Positions 15,856-24,000 of a DNA stretch of 24,000 bases are shown piece by piece. The first letter of the stretch is position 1, and each line of letters opens with the position of its first letter. Both the position numbers and the translations under genes were made by a program. Source of the DNA: Maritalea porphyrae (GTDB taxonomy: Bacteria > Pseudomonadota > Alphaproteobacteria > Rhizobiales > Devosiaceae). The stretch covers positions 538,412 to 562,411 of the forward strand of contig NZ_JAPWGX010000002.1 of assembly GCF_027213965.1 (NCBI RefSeq), read 5' to 3'. The notes below the pieces were generated by a model that searched no databases, had not been told where the DNA came from, and saw nothing but the letters and a program-made list of their open reading frames with translations.

Positions 15856-17082
15856 CTAAGCGTCTTTGTGTTTGAACACCAAAGTTGCGTTGGTGCCACC
15901 AAAGCCAAACGAGTTGGACATGACGCAGCCAATGGATTGATTATCGCGACGTTCTTGCAAGATTGGCATGTCTGCAAACTCTGGGTCGAGTTCGAAGATA
16001 TTGGCTGATTTACACAAGAAGCCTTCGTTCATCATCATGACCGAATAAATCGATTCTTGCACACCAACCGCGCCCAATGAGTGACCGGTTAAAGATTTGG
16101 TTGCTGAAAGTGGTGGGCACTTATCTTCATTGCCAAACACTTTGCGAATCGCTTCGATTTCTTTGATGTCGCCAACCGGAGTTGAGGTGGCATGTGGGTT
16201 GATATAGTCGATCGGCAGATCAACCGTTTCAAGCGCCATGCGCATGCAACGCTCGGCACCTTCACCCGAAGGCGCGACCATGTCGTAGCCATCAGAAGTT
16301 GCGCCATAGCCAACAATTTCAGCCAGAATGTTCGCGCCGCGTGCTTTGGCGTGCTCATATTCTTCCAAGACCATAACGCCTGCGCCACCAGCGATGATGA
16401 AGCCGTCGCGGTTTTTGTCGTAGGCGCGAGAGGCAAGCTCTGGGGTGTCATTGTACTTGGATGTCATCGCGCCAAGCGCATCGAACATATTGGACATTGA
16501 CCATTCAAGATCTTCAGAACCGCCAGCAAAAACGATGTCTTGCTTGCCCATTTGGATTTGCTCGTAAGCATTACCAATGCAGTGCTTTGATGTCGCGCAG
16601 GCAGATGTGATCGTATAGTTCACGCCTTTGATCTTAAACGCGGTGGCCAAGGTGGCCGACGCGGTTGAAGACATGGCCTTTGGCACGGCTAGCGGGCCAA
16701 TGCGTTTTGGGCTGAGGTTTTTGCGGGTCAAATCCGCTGCATTGATCAGCGTTTCAGTGGATGGACCACCTGACCCCATCACGATGCCGGTGCGCGGGTT
16801 TGAAATATTGTCTTCTTCTAGACCCGCTTGCTCAATCGCTTCTTGCATGGCGATATAGTTCCACGCCGCGCCACGCGCCATAAAGCGGGTTGTGCGTCGG
16901 TCAAGAATAGCAAATGGGTCCAAGGTCGGCTCACCGTGCACTTGGCTACGAAAGCCATATTCCACGTGCTTTTCAGCCCGTGTTATGCCCGGTTTTGCGT
17001 CGTGCAGGCTTTGCAACACTTCTTGCTTGTTATTGCCGATTGAGGAAACGATCCCCATGCCTGTGATGACAACTCTTTTCAT
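15856..17082 (-). CDS. fabB: 3-oxoacyl-ACP synthase I (beta-ketoacyl-ACP synthase I)
   Basis: 408-aa ORF ([18 protein letters not shown]...) with the active-site context ITSACATS and the C-terminal [15 protein letters not shown]. It lies directly downstream of fabA. Confidence 0.92.
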   Translation of the reverse strand: MKRVVITGMGIVSSIGNNKQEVLQSLHDAKPGITRAEKHVEYGFRSQVHGEPTLDPFAILDRRTTRFMARGAAWNYIAMQEAIEQAGLEEDNISNPRTGIVMGSGGPSTETLINAADLTRKNLSPKRIGPLAVPKAMSSTASATLATAFKIKGVNYTITSACATSKHCIGNAYEQIQMGKQDIVFAGGSEDLEWSMSNMFDALGAMTSKYNDTPELASRAYDKNRDGFIIAGGAGVMVLEEYEHAKARGANILAEIVGYGATSDGYDMVAPSGEGAERCMRMALETVDLPIDYINPHATSTPVGDIKEIEAIRKVFGNEDKCPPLSATKSLTGHSLGAVGVQESIYSVMMMNEGFLCKSANIFELDPEFADMPILQERRDNQSIGCVMSNSFGFGGTNATLVFKHKDA

Positions 17083-17121
17083 ATAACCCTCTTCATGCGC
17101 ATTAAAGCAGCCAGATCGATG

Positions 17122-17634
17122 CTACTTGTTTTCTAGGCCGATCAAGCCCACACGCAAATTTTCCGCCTTGTAAATAATTTCGCCGTCAGCTTTGACCCAA
17201 CCGGTTGCAACACCAAATGGCAAAGGTGACTTCATGTGTTTTTTGATGTCCACATGATATGTTAGCAGCTTTTTGTCGTTTGTGGCTTGGCCAACAAATT
17301 TAATTGACCCGCCCAATGCGCGGCCACGGCCCGGTGATCCGGCCCATGACAGATAAAAGCCGATCATTTGCCACAAAGCATCAAGGCCCAAGCAACCTGG
17401 CATCACAGGGTCACCGATAAAGTGACACTTATAAAACCAAAGATCCGGATTGAGGTCCAGTTCAGCGGTTACGCTGCCTTTGCCAAATTCACCTTCATCC
17501 GCATTAATGTTGGTGATGCGGTCGAACATAAGCATTGGGGGGGCTGGCAATTTTGCATCGCCTTGACCGGGCAATTCGCCCTTGCCGTGCAAGATCAATT
17601 CTTCGTAGCTAAACTGGTTGGCACGTTCTGTCAT
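17122..17634 (-). CDS. fabA: 3-hydroxydecanoyl-ACP dehydratase/isomerase
   Basis: ORF 17122-17652. The likely start is the ATG at 17634 (MTERANQFSYEELI...), with an AAGGAAG RBS. The FabA active-site region is CHFIGDPVMPGCLGLDALWQ. Confidence 0.92.
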   Translation of the reverse strand: MTERANQFSYEELILHGKGELPGQGDAKLPAPPMLMFDRITNINADEGEFGKGSVTAELDLNPDLWFYKCHFIGDPVMPGCLGLDALWQMIGFYLSWAGSPGRGRALGGSIKFVGQATNDKKLLTYHVDIKKHMKSPLPFGVATGWVKADGEIIYKAENLRVGLIGLENK

Positions 17635-17963
17635 AAGCCAAACTTCCTTCATTTATTTTGGTTGCTGCGGCCAAATTTGAATTTAATCGTGGCTCGGCCC
17701 AGACATGCTTTTGGCCGTGCATAACATTTTTGTTCACATTCGCAAAGCAAATGCGCCCTAGTTTCGCCCATTTTTGTGATTCTGAGCCACTTCAGAAAAA
17801 CGTGCCGGAATTCAATAAAACCACAAGCAATTGGACGTACAATTCAACAATAGTTGAACGAAACAGTTCACACGTTCACCACGTGACAAATGGTCAGTTG
17901 TTTGATGTGCTGAAATTGACTATAATTCGCAACTAGAGATCAAATAGACGCGAAAAAGAACTG

Positions 17964-18410
17964 ATGACTGCACACATTGGCAATCAAAGATATACACATG
18001 GCTCACGCGGACCATGTTTGACCGCTGTTTTGCGGATGGCGGGTTTGCGCCCAACACGGCAACGTTTGGCTCTGGCGGATTTGCTTTATGGTGGTGGACA
18101 CCGGCACGTCAGCGCGGAGGCCTTGCATGCAGAAGCAGGTTCGGACGGGGTCACCGTGTCTTTGGCCACCGTTTACAACACCTTGCGCCAATTCAAAGAT
18201 GCAGGCCTATTGCGCGAAGTCACAGTTGATGCGGCCCGCACCTATTTTGATACCAACACTTCGGATCACCATCACTTCTTTATTGAGGATGAAGACCGGG
18301 TGGTCGATATCCCGACCAATGACATTGAAATCAGTGGTTTGCCTGAGGCGCCCAAAGGCATGAAGATCACCCATGTGGATGTGGTGGTACGGGTAAAAAG
18401 CGCAGGCTAA
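17964..18410 (+). CDS. irr: Fur-family transcriptional regulator, Irr (iron response regulator)-like
   Basis: 148-aa ORF with a Fur-family winged helix (GLRPTRQRLALADLL, SLATVYNTLRQFKDAGLL) and the Irr-typical YFDTNTSDHHHFF histidine triplet. It is divergent from fabA-fabB, as in Rhizobiales synteny. A candidate -10 TATAAT lies at 17921-17926. Confidence 0.75.
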   Translation: MTAHIGNQRYTHGSRGPCLTAVLRMAGLRPTRQRLALADLLYGGGHRHVSAEALHAEAGSDGVTVSLATVYNTLRQFKDAGLLREVTVDAARTYFDTNTSDHHHFFIEDEDRVVDIPTNDIEISGLPEAPKGMKITHVDVVVRVKSAG

Positions 18411-18421
18411 ATTGCCAGCGG

Positions 18422-19006
18422 CTATTTCACCTTTTCATCTTTATAAACGCCCCACAAAGCGACCTGATTGATCCAGCCGGAGAAATTGTCGCTTTTGTCC
18501 GTTGATGCGTCAGGCTTATAGCGCCCGCTGATTTTGCACCAATTGTCCGCGCAATTGTCTACGCTCACCAAAACTTTTGGCTGCAAAATGGCGCGGCGGG
18601 GTGCGGTGGCATCAGCGCGGGCATAAATTGGGGTGCCCGAAACAGCTGCATCAAGCCAGGGGGTCACCAATGCTGTGCGACGGCCCGACAATAGGGTTTT
18701 ATGGATCCAACCTTCAGCACCCTCCGAATCACGCACCTTGCGCCAAGCATCAAATTCTTGAACAATTTCGATGGGGAGGCCGTTCTGCACAAAAATCCAA
18801 GCCACTTCATATTTTTGCCCGGGGCCCACACGCACATTGATCTTGGACGAGCCAAGCGAAGCAAAACGGGGTAAAGGCAAACCCGATGCGCCAACCGATT
18901 GCGCCAAAACCACCGGCTGACCCGCCAACAGCGCGGTGCTAAGCGCTAAGAACAAGACAATGATATGCCGAGCAAGGGATTGGCGTGTGGTTTTGATTTT
19001 TGACAT
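18422..19006 (-). CDS. Secreted SH3-like (bacterial SH3b) domain protein
   Basis: ORF 18422-19063. The likely start is the ATG at 19006 (MSKIKTTRQSLARHIIVLFLALSTALLAGQPVVLAQS, a signal peptide). There are two SH3b-like segments (INVRVGPGQKYEVAWIF...WRKVRDSEGAEGWIH and IYARADATAP...WCKISG). The start assignment is less certain because the RBS is weak. Confidence 0.65.
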   Translation of the reverse strand: MSKIKTTRQSLARHIIVLFLALSTALLAGQPVVLAQSVGASGLPLPRFASLGSSKINVRVGPGQKYEVAWIFVQNGLPIEIVQEFDAWRKVRDSEGAEGWIHKTLLSGRRTALVTPWLDAAVSGTPIYARADATAPRRAILQPKVLVSVDNCADNWCKISGRYKPDASTDKSDNFSGWINQVALWGVYKDEKVK

Positions 19007-19127
19007 TCGGGGAGAAGCTCTTTTCAGTGGCAAAGAATTCACATAACAATTAGCCAAATACACCTTAAGGTATAGCTAAGACTGTGCAGCTAATGCTGAA
19101 CCGGATTATAGCCAATATGAGGTTTGA

Positions 19128-20129
19128 ATGACAGGATCAACTGCCAAAATTTTTGTGACCCGACGGTTGCCCGCGCTGATTGAAGAGCGCATGGCGGCTT
19201 TGTTTGATACGCACTTTATTGGCGAAGATCGCCCCCAAACCAGTGAAGAACTAATCGCACAATCTCAGGATTGCGATATTTTGGTTTCCACCATCACCGA
19301 TCAACTCAATGCCGAGGTGATTGGGGCGCTGGGCAAAAATGTGCGCATGATCGCCCAATTTGGCAATGGGGTGGACAATGTGGATGTGAACGCCGCATCC
19401 GCGCGTGGCATCACCGTGACCAACACCCCCAGCGTTCTAACAGACGACACAGCAGATATGGCCATGGCGTTGATATTGGCGGTGCCTAGACGCTTGATCG
19501 AAGGCTCACAAACCTTATTGAAAGACGGCACGTGGCCGGGCTGGTCGCCCAATTGGATGTTGGGGCGTCGCCTCGCTGGTAAACGGCTCGGCATAGTAGG
19601 GCTTGGCCGCATTGGCATGGCAGTTGCCCGGCGCGCCCGCGCCTTTGGGTTGGAGATCCACTATTTTGGCCGATCCCGCAAACCTGGGGTGGTGGAAGAA
19701 GAGTTGGATGCACACTATTGGGACAATCTTGATGAAATGCTTAGCGCCGTAGACATTGTCACGCTGCACACACCTTCAACTGAAAAAACCCGCAATATCA
19801 TCAATAAAGAACGGTTGGCGCTGATGAAAGACGACGCCTATTTGGTCAATCTTGCGCGGCCGAATTTGATCGACGAAAAGGCATTAATCGAAGCGGTGCA
19901 ATTGGGCGAGATATCTGGTGCGGCGCTTGATGTGTTTGAACATCATAAAGTGATCAACCCCGCCCTTTTAGACCTCGCCCGGCAAGACAAAATTGTTTTG
20001 ACGGCCCATATGGGGTCGGCGACCCTTGAGGGGCGTATTGAGATGGGTGAAACCGTTATTGTTAATATGCGCGCGTTCTTAGATGGCCATCAGCCGCCGC
20101 ATCGGGTGTTGCCGGATCGGCTTGGTTAG
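19128..20129 (+). CDS. D-isomer-specific 2-hydroxyacid dehydrogenase (glyoxylate/hydroxypyruvate reductase-like)
   Basis: 333-aa ORF with the NAD-binding motif LGIVGLGRIGMAVARRA and family motifs (NTPSVLTDDTADMAM, LVNLARPNLIDEKAL, LDVFEHH, LTAHMGSAT). Confidence 0.88.
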   Translation: MTGSTAKIFVTRRLPALIEERMAALFDTHFIGEDRPQTSEELIAQSQDCDILVSTITDQLNAEVIGALGKNVRMIAQFGNGVDNVDVNAASARGITVTNTPSVLTDDTADMAMALILAVPRRLIEGSQTLLKDGTWPGWSPNWMLGRRLAGKRLGIVGLGRIGMAVARRARAFGLEIHYFGRSRKPGVVEEELDAHYWDNLDEMLSAVDIVTLHTPSTEKTRNIINKERLALMKDDAYLVNLARPNLIDEKALIEAVQLGEISGAALDVFEHHKVINPALLDLARQDKIVLTAHMGSATLEGRIEMGETVIVNMRAFLDGHQPPHRVLPDRLG

Positions 20130-20130
20130 G

Positions 20131-20315
20131 GGCTCTTTTCGCGCCGCCGTTGGTCGCTGCGCTCAGCTTCTTTTGGCGCTCACGCCGCGCAGGTTGGCCC
20201 GGCACCCCCGGCTCTTTTTTCGCGCCGCCGTTGGTCGCTGCGCTCCCGACCCCGGCACCCCCGGCTCTTTTTTCGCGCCGCCGTTGGTCGCTGCGCTCCC
20301 GACCCCGGCACCCCC
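20131..20315. repeat. GC-rich intergenic tandem repeat, 53-bp unit x2 plus one 79-bp variant, related to the array at 15640-15809
   Basis: Copies at 20210-20262 and 20263-20315 are identical (GGCTCTTTTTTCGCGCCGCCGTTGGTCGCTGCGCTCCCGACCCCGGCACCCCC). The copy at 20131-20209 has the same ends with a longer internal segment. The modules GCCGCCGT and CCCGGCACCCCCG are shared with the first array, in the same orientation. Confidence 0.95.
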
Positions 20316-20383
20316 GCCGGTTGTAGGTATCCATGTAAAAACCGTTGCAAGTGGGACTTGATCCGGGATCAACCAAAAGGGAA

Positions 20384-20422
20384 GAAAACAAAAAGCCCGG
20401 CACAGATTTCTCAGGCCGGGCT
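20384..20422 (-). terminator. Rho-independent terminator of pnp
   Basis: The minus strand reads AGCCCGGC-ctgagaaatctgt-GCCGGGCT followed by TTTTTGTTTT, about 28 nt after the pnp stop. Confidence 0.75.
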
Positions 20423-20449
20423 TCTTTATTCAACAAAGGTTAGAACAGA

Positions 20450-22579
20450 TTATTCTGCGTCTTCGCCTTCTTTGATTTCTTCACCAGTTTCCTGGTTTAC
20501 AACTTTCATGGACAAACGCACTTTGCCGCGGTCATCAAAGCCCATAAGTTTCACGTAAACTTTTTCGCCTTCTTTGATCACGTCAGTTGTTTTTTCAACG
20601 CGCTTATCGGCAAGTTGTGAAATGTGCACTAGGCCATCACGTGGACCGAAGAAGTTCACAAATGCGCCAAAATCAACGCATTTAACAACGGTACCTTGGT
20701 AAATTTCGCCAACTTCTGGCTCATCTGTGATCGACTTAATCCATTTAACCGCTGCGTCGATGGCTTTGCCATCGCTTGAAGCGATTTTGATGGTGCCATC
20801 GTCTTCGATGTTCACTTTAGCGCCGGTTTTTTCAACGATCTCACGGATCACTTTACCGCCGGTGCCGATCACTTCACGGATTTTGTCGGTTGGGATCTTC
20901 ATGGTTTCGATGCGTGGTGCAAACTCACCAACTTCATCACGTGCGCCATCAAGAGCTTTAGACATTTCACCCAAGATGTGATGACGACCTTCTTTGGCTT
21001 GTGCCAAAGCGGTTTTCATAATGTCTTCGGTGATGCCAGCGATTTTGATGTCCATTTGCAACGATGTGATACCATCAGAAGTACCCGCCACTTTAAAGTC
21101 CATATCGCCAAGGTGATCTTCGTCACCCAAGATGTCTGAAAGCACAGCGAAACGATCGCCTTCCATGATCAAGCCCATGGCAATACCAGAGACCGGACGA
21201 GGCATTGGAACACCCGCATCCATAAGCGCCAAAGATGCACCACAAACAGACGCCATTGAAGACGAACCGTTGGATTCTGTGATCTCAGAAACAATACGAA
21301 TAGTATAGGGGAATTCTTCAACACTTGGACGCACTGGGTTAATCGCGCGCCATGCCAATTTGCCGTGGCCAGTTTCGCGACGGCTTGTGCCGCCCATGCG
21401 ACCCGCTTCACCTACTGAGTATGGAGGGAAGTTATAGTGCAGCATGAAGTTGTTTTTGAACGTGCCATCAAGGCTGTCAACGAACTGCTCGTCGTCGCCT
21501 GTACCTAGCGTTGCAACAACCAAGGCCTGTGTTTCACCACGGGTAAACACGGCGGAACCGTGCGTACGTGGCAAAATGCCAGCTTCAGCAACGATAGGGC
21601 GTACTGTTGAAAGGTCACGACCATCAATACGCTTGCCTGTGTCCAAAACGCTCAGGCGAACAACTTGGGCTTGAAGTGATTTAAACACCGCGCCAATTGT
21701 TTCGTCTTTATAAGCTGGGGCTTCACCTTCAGCCGGCGCATAATGTGCTTTGACTTTGGCTTTGGCCGCATCAAGTGCAACGTAACGCTCTTGCTTTTCT
21801 GTGATTTGGTAAGCGGCACGAATGTCGTCTTCAACCAATTTAAGCATGTCTGCTTCTAGCGCTGAATTGTCTTCTGCTTCGAATTCACGTGGCTCTTTAG
21901 CCGCCAATTCTGCAAGCTTGATGATGGCGTCGATCACTTTTTGTGATTGCTCGTGGCCATACATAACCGCGCCAAGCATCTGATCTTCGCTCAATTCGCT
22001 GGCTTCTGATTCAACCATCAAAACAGCGTCTTGCGTGCCAGCCATAACCAGATCCAATTTTGAATCTGTTTCTTGCTCTGGTGCAAAGTTTAGAACGTAC
22101 TCGCCATCGATATAACCAACGCGTGCCGCACCAATTGGGCCCATGAATGGAATGCCCGAAATGGTAAGTGCTGCTGAAGCGGCGACCAAGCCAAGGACGT
22201 CTGGACGGTTCTCAAGGTCATACTGAAGTACGGTTACAACGATTTGTGTTTCGTGCTTATAGCCTGCTGGGAACAAGGGGCGGATTGGACGGTCGATCAA
22301 GCGACAGATCAATGTTTCCGCTTCTGTAGGACGGCCTTCACGTTTGAAGTAGCCACCCGGGATTTTGCCCGCGGCGTAGAATTTTTCTTGGTAGTTTACC
22401 GTCATCGGGAAGAAGTCGACGCCCGGTTTTGCAGATTTGGCTGAAACAACAGTTGCCAAAACAACGGTTTCGCCAAGGGTTGCTAGAACAGCACCGTCTG
22501 CCTGACGTGCCATTTTGCCTGTTTCAAGGGTCAGCGGTTGGCCGCCCCAGTTTAGTTCCACCTTATGGTGATCAAACAT
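20450..22579 (-). CDS. pnp: Polyribonucleotide nucleotidyltransferase (PNPase)
   Basis: 709-aa ORF with two RNase PH-like domains, a KH domain ([15 protein letters not shown]) and an S1 domain ([20 protein letters not shown]). The rpsO-pnp pair is conserved. Confidence 0.96.
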   Translation of the reverse strand: MFDHHKVELNWGGQPLTLETGKMARQADGAVLATLGETVVLATVVSAKSAKPGVDFFPMTVNYQEKFYAAGKIPGGYFKREGRPTEAETLICRLIDRPIRPLFPAGYKHETQIVVTVLQYDLENRPDVLGLVAASAALTISGIPFMGPIGAARVGYIDGEYVLNFAPEQETDSKLDLVMAGTQDAVLMVESEASELSEDQMLGAVMYGHEQSQKVIDAIIKLAELAAKEPREFEAEDNSALEADMLKLVEDDIRAAYQITEKQERYVALDAAKAKVKAHYAPAEGEAPAYKDETIGAVFKSLQAQVVRLSVLDTGKRIDGRDLSTVRPIVAEAGILPRTHGSAVFTRGETQALVVATLGTGDDEQFVDSLDGTFKNNFMLHYNFPPYSVGEAGRMGGTSRRETGHGKLAWRAINPVRPSVEEFPYTIRIVSEITESNGSSSMASVCGASLALMDAGVPMPRPVSGIAMGLIMEGDRFAVLSDILGDEDHLGDMDFKVAGTSDGITSLQMDIKIAGITEDIMKTALAQAKEGRHHILGEMSKALDGARDEVGEFAPRIETMKIPTDKIREVIGTGGKVIREIVEKTGAKVNIEDDGTIKIASSDGKAIDAAVKWIKSITDEPEVGEIYQGTVVKCVDFGAFVNFFGPRDGLVHISQLADKRVEKTTDVIKEGEKVYVKLMGFDDRGKVRLSMKVVNQETGEEIKEGEDAE

Positions 22580-22760
22580 ATTTTTTATCCTAAAATGCCT
22601 TGGCGGATGTGTCCCTCATGGCCACATTTTCGAAATCGACAAGGCGTCGTTCATTTGTGTGCTGAACGGAGAAGAGAGCTGGATGGCAAGGCGCTTTTGA
22701 AGATACGTTCATATCAAAAGCGACCGACGATCCCGCCCGCTTGGCCGTTCGGCCAGATTG

Positions 22761-22792
22761 TAAAAAGGCGCGGCGGCCACAGACCACCGCGC
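22761..22792 (-). terminator. rpsO terminator/attenuator hairpin in the rpsO-pnp intergenic region
   Basis: The minus strand reads GGCGCGGTGG-tctgtgg-CCGCCGCGCC followed by TTTTT, starting about 15 nt after the rpsO stop. Confidence 0.7.
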
Positions 22793-22806
22793 CAATTTGG
22801 TTGTGC

Positions 22807-23076
22807 CTAGCGGCGCAAGCCTAGACGCTCGATGAGCGACTTGTAACGTGCTTCGTCTTTATTGCGGGTATAATCCAGCAAACGACGACGCAAGCTAACC
22901 ATTTTCAAAAGACCACGACGTGAGTGGTTGTCTTTCTTATGGTCTTTAAAGTGTTCGGTGAGGTTTGAAATACGCTCTGAAAGGATCGCAACCTGAACTT
23001 CTGGTGAACCTGTGTCACCTTCTTTGGTTGCATATTCTTTGATAAGCTCTTCTTTGCGCTCAGCAGTAATCGACAT
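22807..23076 (-). CDS. rpsO: 30S ribosomal protein S15
   Basis: 89-aa ORF ([57 protein letters not shown]...) with a GAAGGGA RBS. Confidence 0.96.
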   Translation of the reverse strand: MSITAERKEELIKEYATKEGDTGSPEVQVAILSERISNLTEHFKDHKKDNHSRRGLLKMVSLRRRLLDYTRNKDEARYKSLIERLGLRR

Positions 23077-23241
23077 CGTAAATTCCCTTCTTACAAACTA
23101 AAGGAGTAAAAGCCGCCATGCGCCAAGATGTCGTCCAGCGCTGGCCCGAATTGGCCGCCCATCGGTTAGACCATAAGGGCGGTTGCGCTGGCTTATACAG
23201 CAAAATAGGACATATGAAAAGAGGTAGGTTTGTGCAGCACT

Positions 23242-24000
23242 TCAGCCCGCAACAATCACACGGGAGGGCTTGAATTGGCCTTTTTCAACATATCCCATCG
23301 CAACCATTGCCCCTTTGTGGGTGGCATATGCCTCATCCAAGGCGATAGGCGCGTTGCGGCCAATCAAAAGCGCTGGATTTCCCATGCGCACCAGTTGGGC
23401 TTGGCGTTCGTCCAGCACCACTTCTGGCAAATGGCTCACGGCTTCATTGAGCGGGCGCAATTGCTGATCACGCTCGGCCAATTCCAATGCTTCAATTTGT
23501 TCAATCGTTACCGCATCTTGATCCGTGAATGGGCCAACCGCCGCCCTGTGCAAACGCGACACATGGCCTTTTGAACCCAGTTGCTCGGCAATATCGCGCG
23601 CTAATGCACGAACATAGGTGCCCTTTTGGCAAGTAACGCGAAAAGTTGAAATCTGATCACTATGCGCCAGCAGTTCAAAGGCTTCAATTTCAACTTCACG
23701 GGACGGCATGTCCACTTTTTCGCCTGCGCGTGCCAAATCATAGGCACGTTCGCCATTGATCTTGATCGCAGAGAAGGCGGGCGGCACTTGGGTGATGACT
23801 CCGGTAAAGGCGGGCAAAATGGCTTCTAGTTCTGACTGACTCGGACGCACCTCAGATGTTGCGGTCACTTCGCCCTCAAGATCGTCGGTGGTGGTGGTTG
23901 AGCCCCACTTAAGGTCAAACTCATATATTTTGACCCCATCTTGCACAAATGGCACCGTTTTGGTGGCTTCGCCCAAAGCGACGGGTAAAATACCGGTTGC
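23242..24000 (-). CDS. truB: tRNA pseudouridine(55) synthase TruB, C-terminal about 250 aa (N-terminus beyond the window end)
   Basis: The reading frame stays open to position 24000. The complement of 23977-24000 adds ...TGILPVAL before GEATKT. Motifs are QVPPAFSAIKINGERAYDLAR and CQKGTYVRALARD. The order truB-rpsO-pnp is conserved. Confidence 0.92.
   Translation of the reverse strand, partial: ATGILPVALGEATKTVPFVQDGVKIYEFDLKWGSTTTTDDLEGEVTATSEVRPSQSELEAILPAFTGVITQVPPAFSAIKINGERAYDLARAGEKVDMPSREVEIEAFELLAHSDQISTFRVTCQKGTYVRALARDIAEQLGSKGHVSRLHRAAVGPFTDQDAVTIEQIEALELAERDQQLRPLNEAVSHLPEVVLDERQAQLVRMGNPALLIGRNAPIALDEAYATHKGAMVAMGYVEKGQFKPSRVIVAG

Noticed and set aside
17658-17936. A 92-aa ORF in the fabA-irr divergent spacer, and the small inverted repeat TGAAC-N6-GTTCA with a CACGTG palindrome (about 17855-17885)
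   Set aside because: The ORF has no RBS and an implausible composition. The repeats have only 5-6 bp arms and are easily explained by chance. No Irr/Fur-box consensus was found.
15640-20315. CRISPR interpretation of the two repeat arrays
   Set aside because: The units are directly contiguous with no unique spacers. The unit lengths of 47-53 bp include T-runs, there are only 3-4 copies, and there are no cas genes.
20358-20372. The 15-bp palindrome TTGATCC-G-GGATCAA between repeat array 2 and the pnp terminator
   Set aside because: The palindrome is real, but it occurs once, has no associated promoter or gene start, and cannot form a useful hairpin with a 1-nt loop. I cannot distinguish it from chance without comparative data.
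20062-20436. The 124-aa minus-strand ORF, and the 92-aa and 69-aa ORFs over the same region
   Set aside because: They are low-complexity translations of the second tandem repeat array. They overlap the end of the dehydrogenase gene and the pnp terminator, and they have no RBS or recognisable domain.

Overview
This looks like an alphaproteobacterial chromosomal segment, roughly 50% G+C by eye, made up mostly of core housekeeping genes around the replication-initiation locus. Gene order: recF(partial)<-dnaN<- | ->SPFH->RHH | <-dnaA <-(about 0.8 kb non-coding) <-rpsT <-mutM | ubiE->ubiB->coaBC->dut->secreted hypothetical->moeB-like->Gfo/Idh/MocA oxidoreductase | <-orphan 2-TM protein <-PPP phosphatase <-(tandem repeats) <-fabB <-fabA | irr-> <-SH3-like | 2-hydroxyacid dehydrogenase-> (tandem repeats) <-pnp <-rpsO <-truB(partial). 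I found no rRNA, tRNA, CRISPR array, IS element, transposase or integrase. Several ORF-track starts appear over-extended, and I propose shorter starts from RBS and N-terminal homology. Five observations deserve a second look. (1) A low-G+C, single-gene islet at about 13.35-14.83 kb encodes a 439-aa protein with two N-terminal TM helices and no motif I recognise. It sits directly downstream of, and co-oriented with, a PPP-family phosphatase. This is the best candidate for an accessory or novel function. (2) Two GC-rich tandem-repeat arrays (15640-15809 and 20131-20315) share the core CCCGGCACCCCCG. (3) An SPFH + ribbon-helix-helix two-gene cassette lies in opposite orientation between dnaA and dnaN, with a perfect 7-3-7 palindrome at its promoter. 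(4) The palindrome TCCCCATGTGGGGA lies upstream of dnaN and resembles DnaA boxes. (5) An unusually long AT-rich non-coding region upstream of dnaA carries clustered AATCCA motifs. All functional calls rest on reading the translations and sequence by eye. No database search was run.
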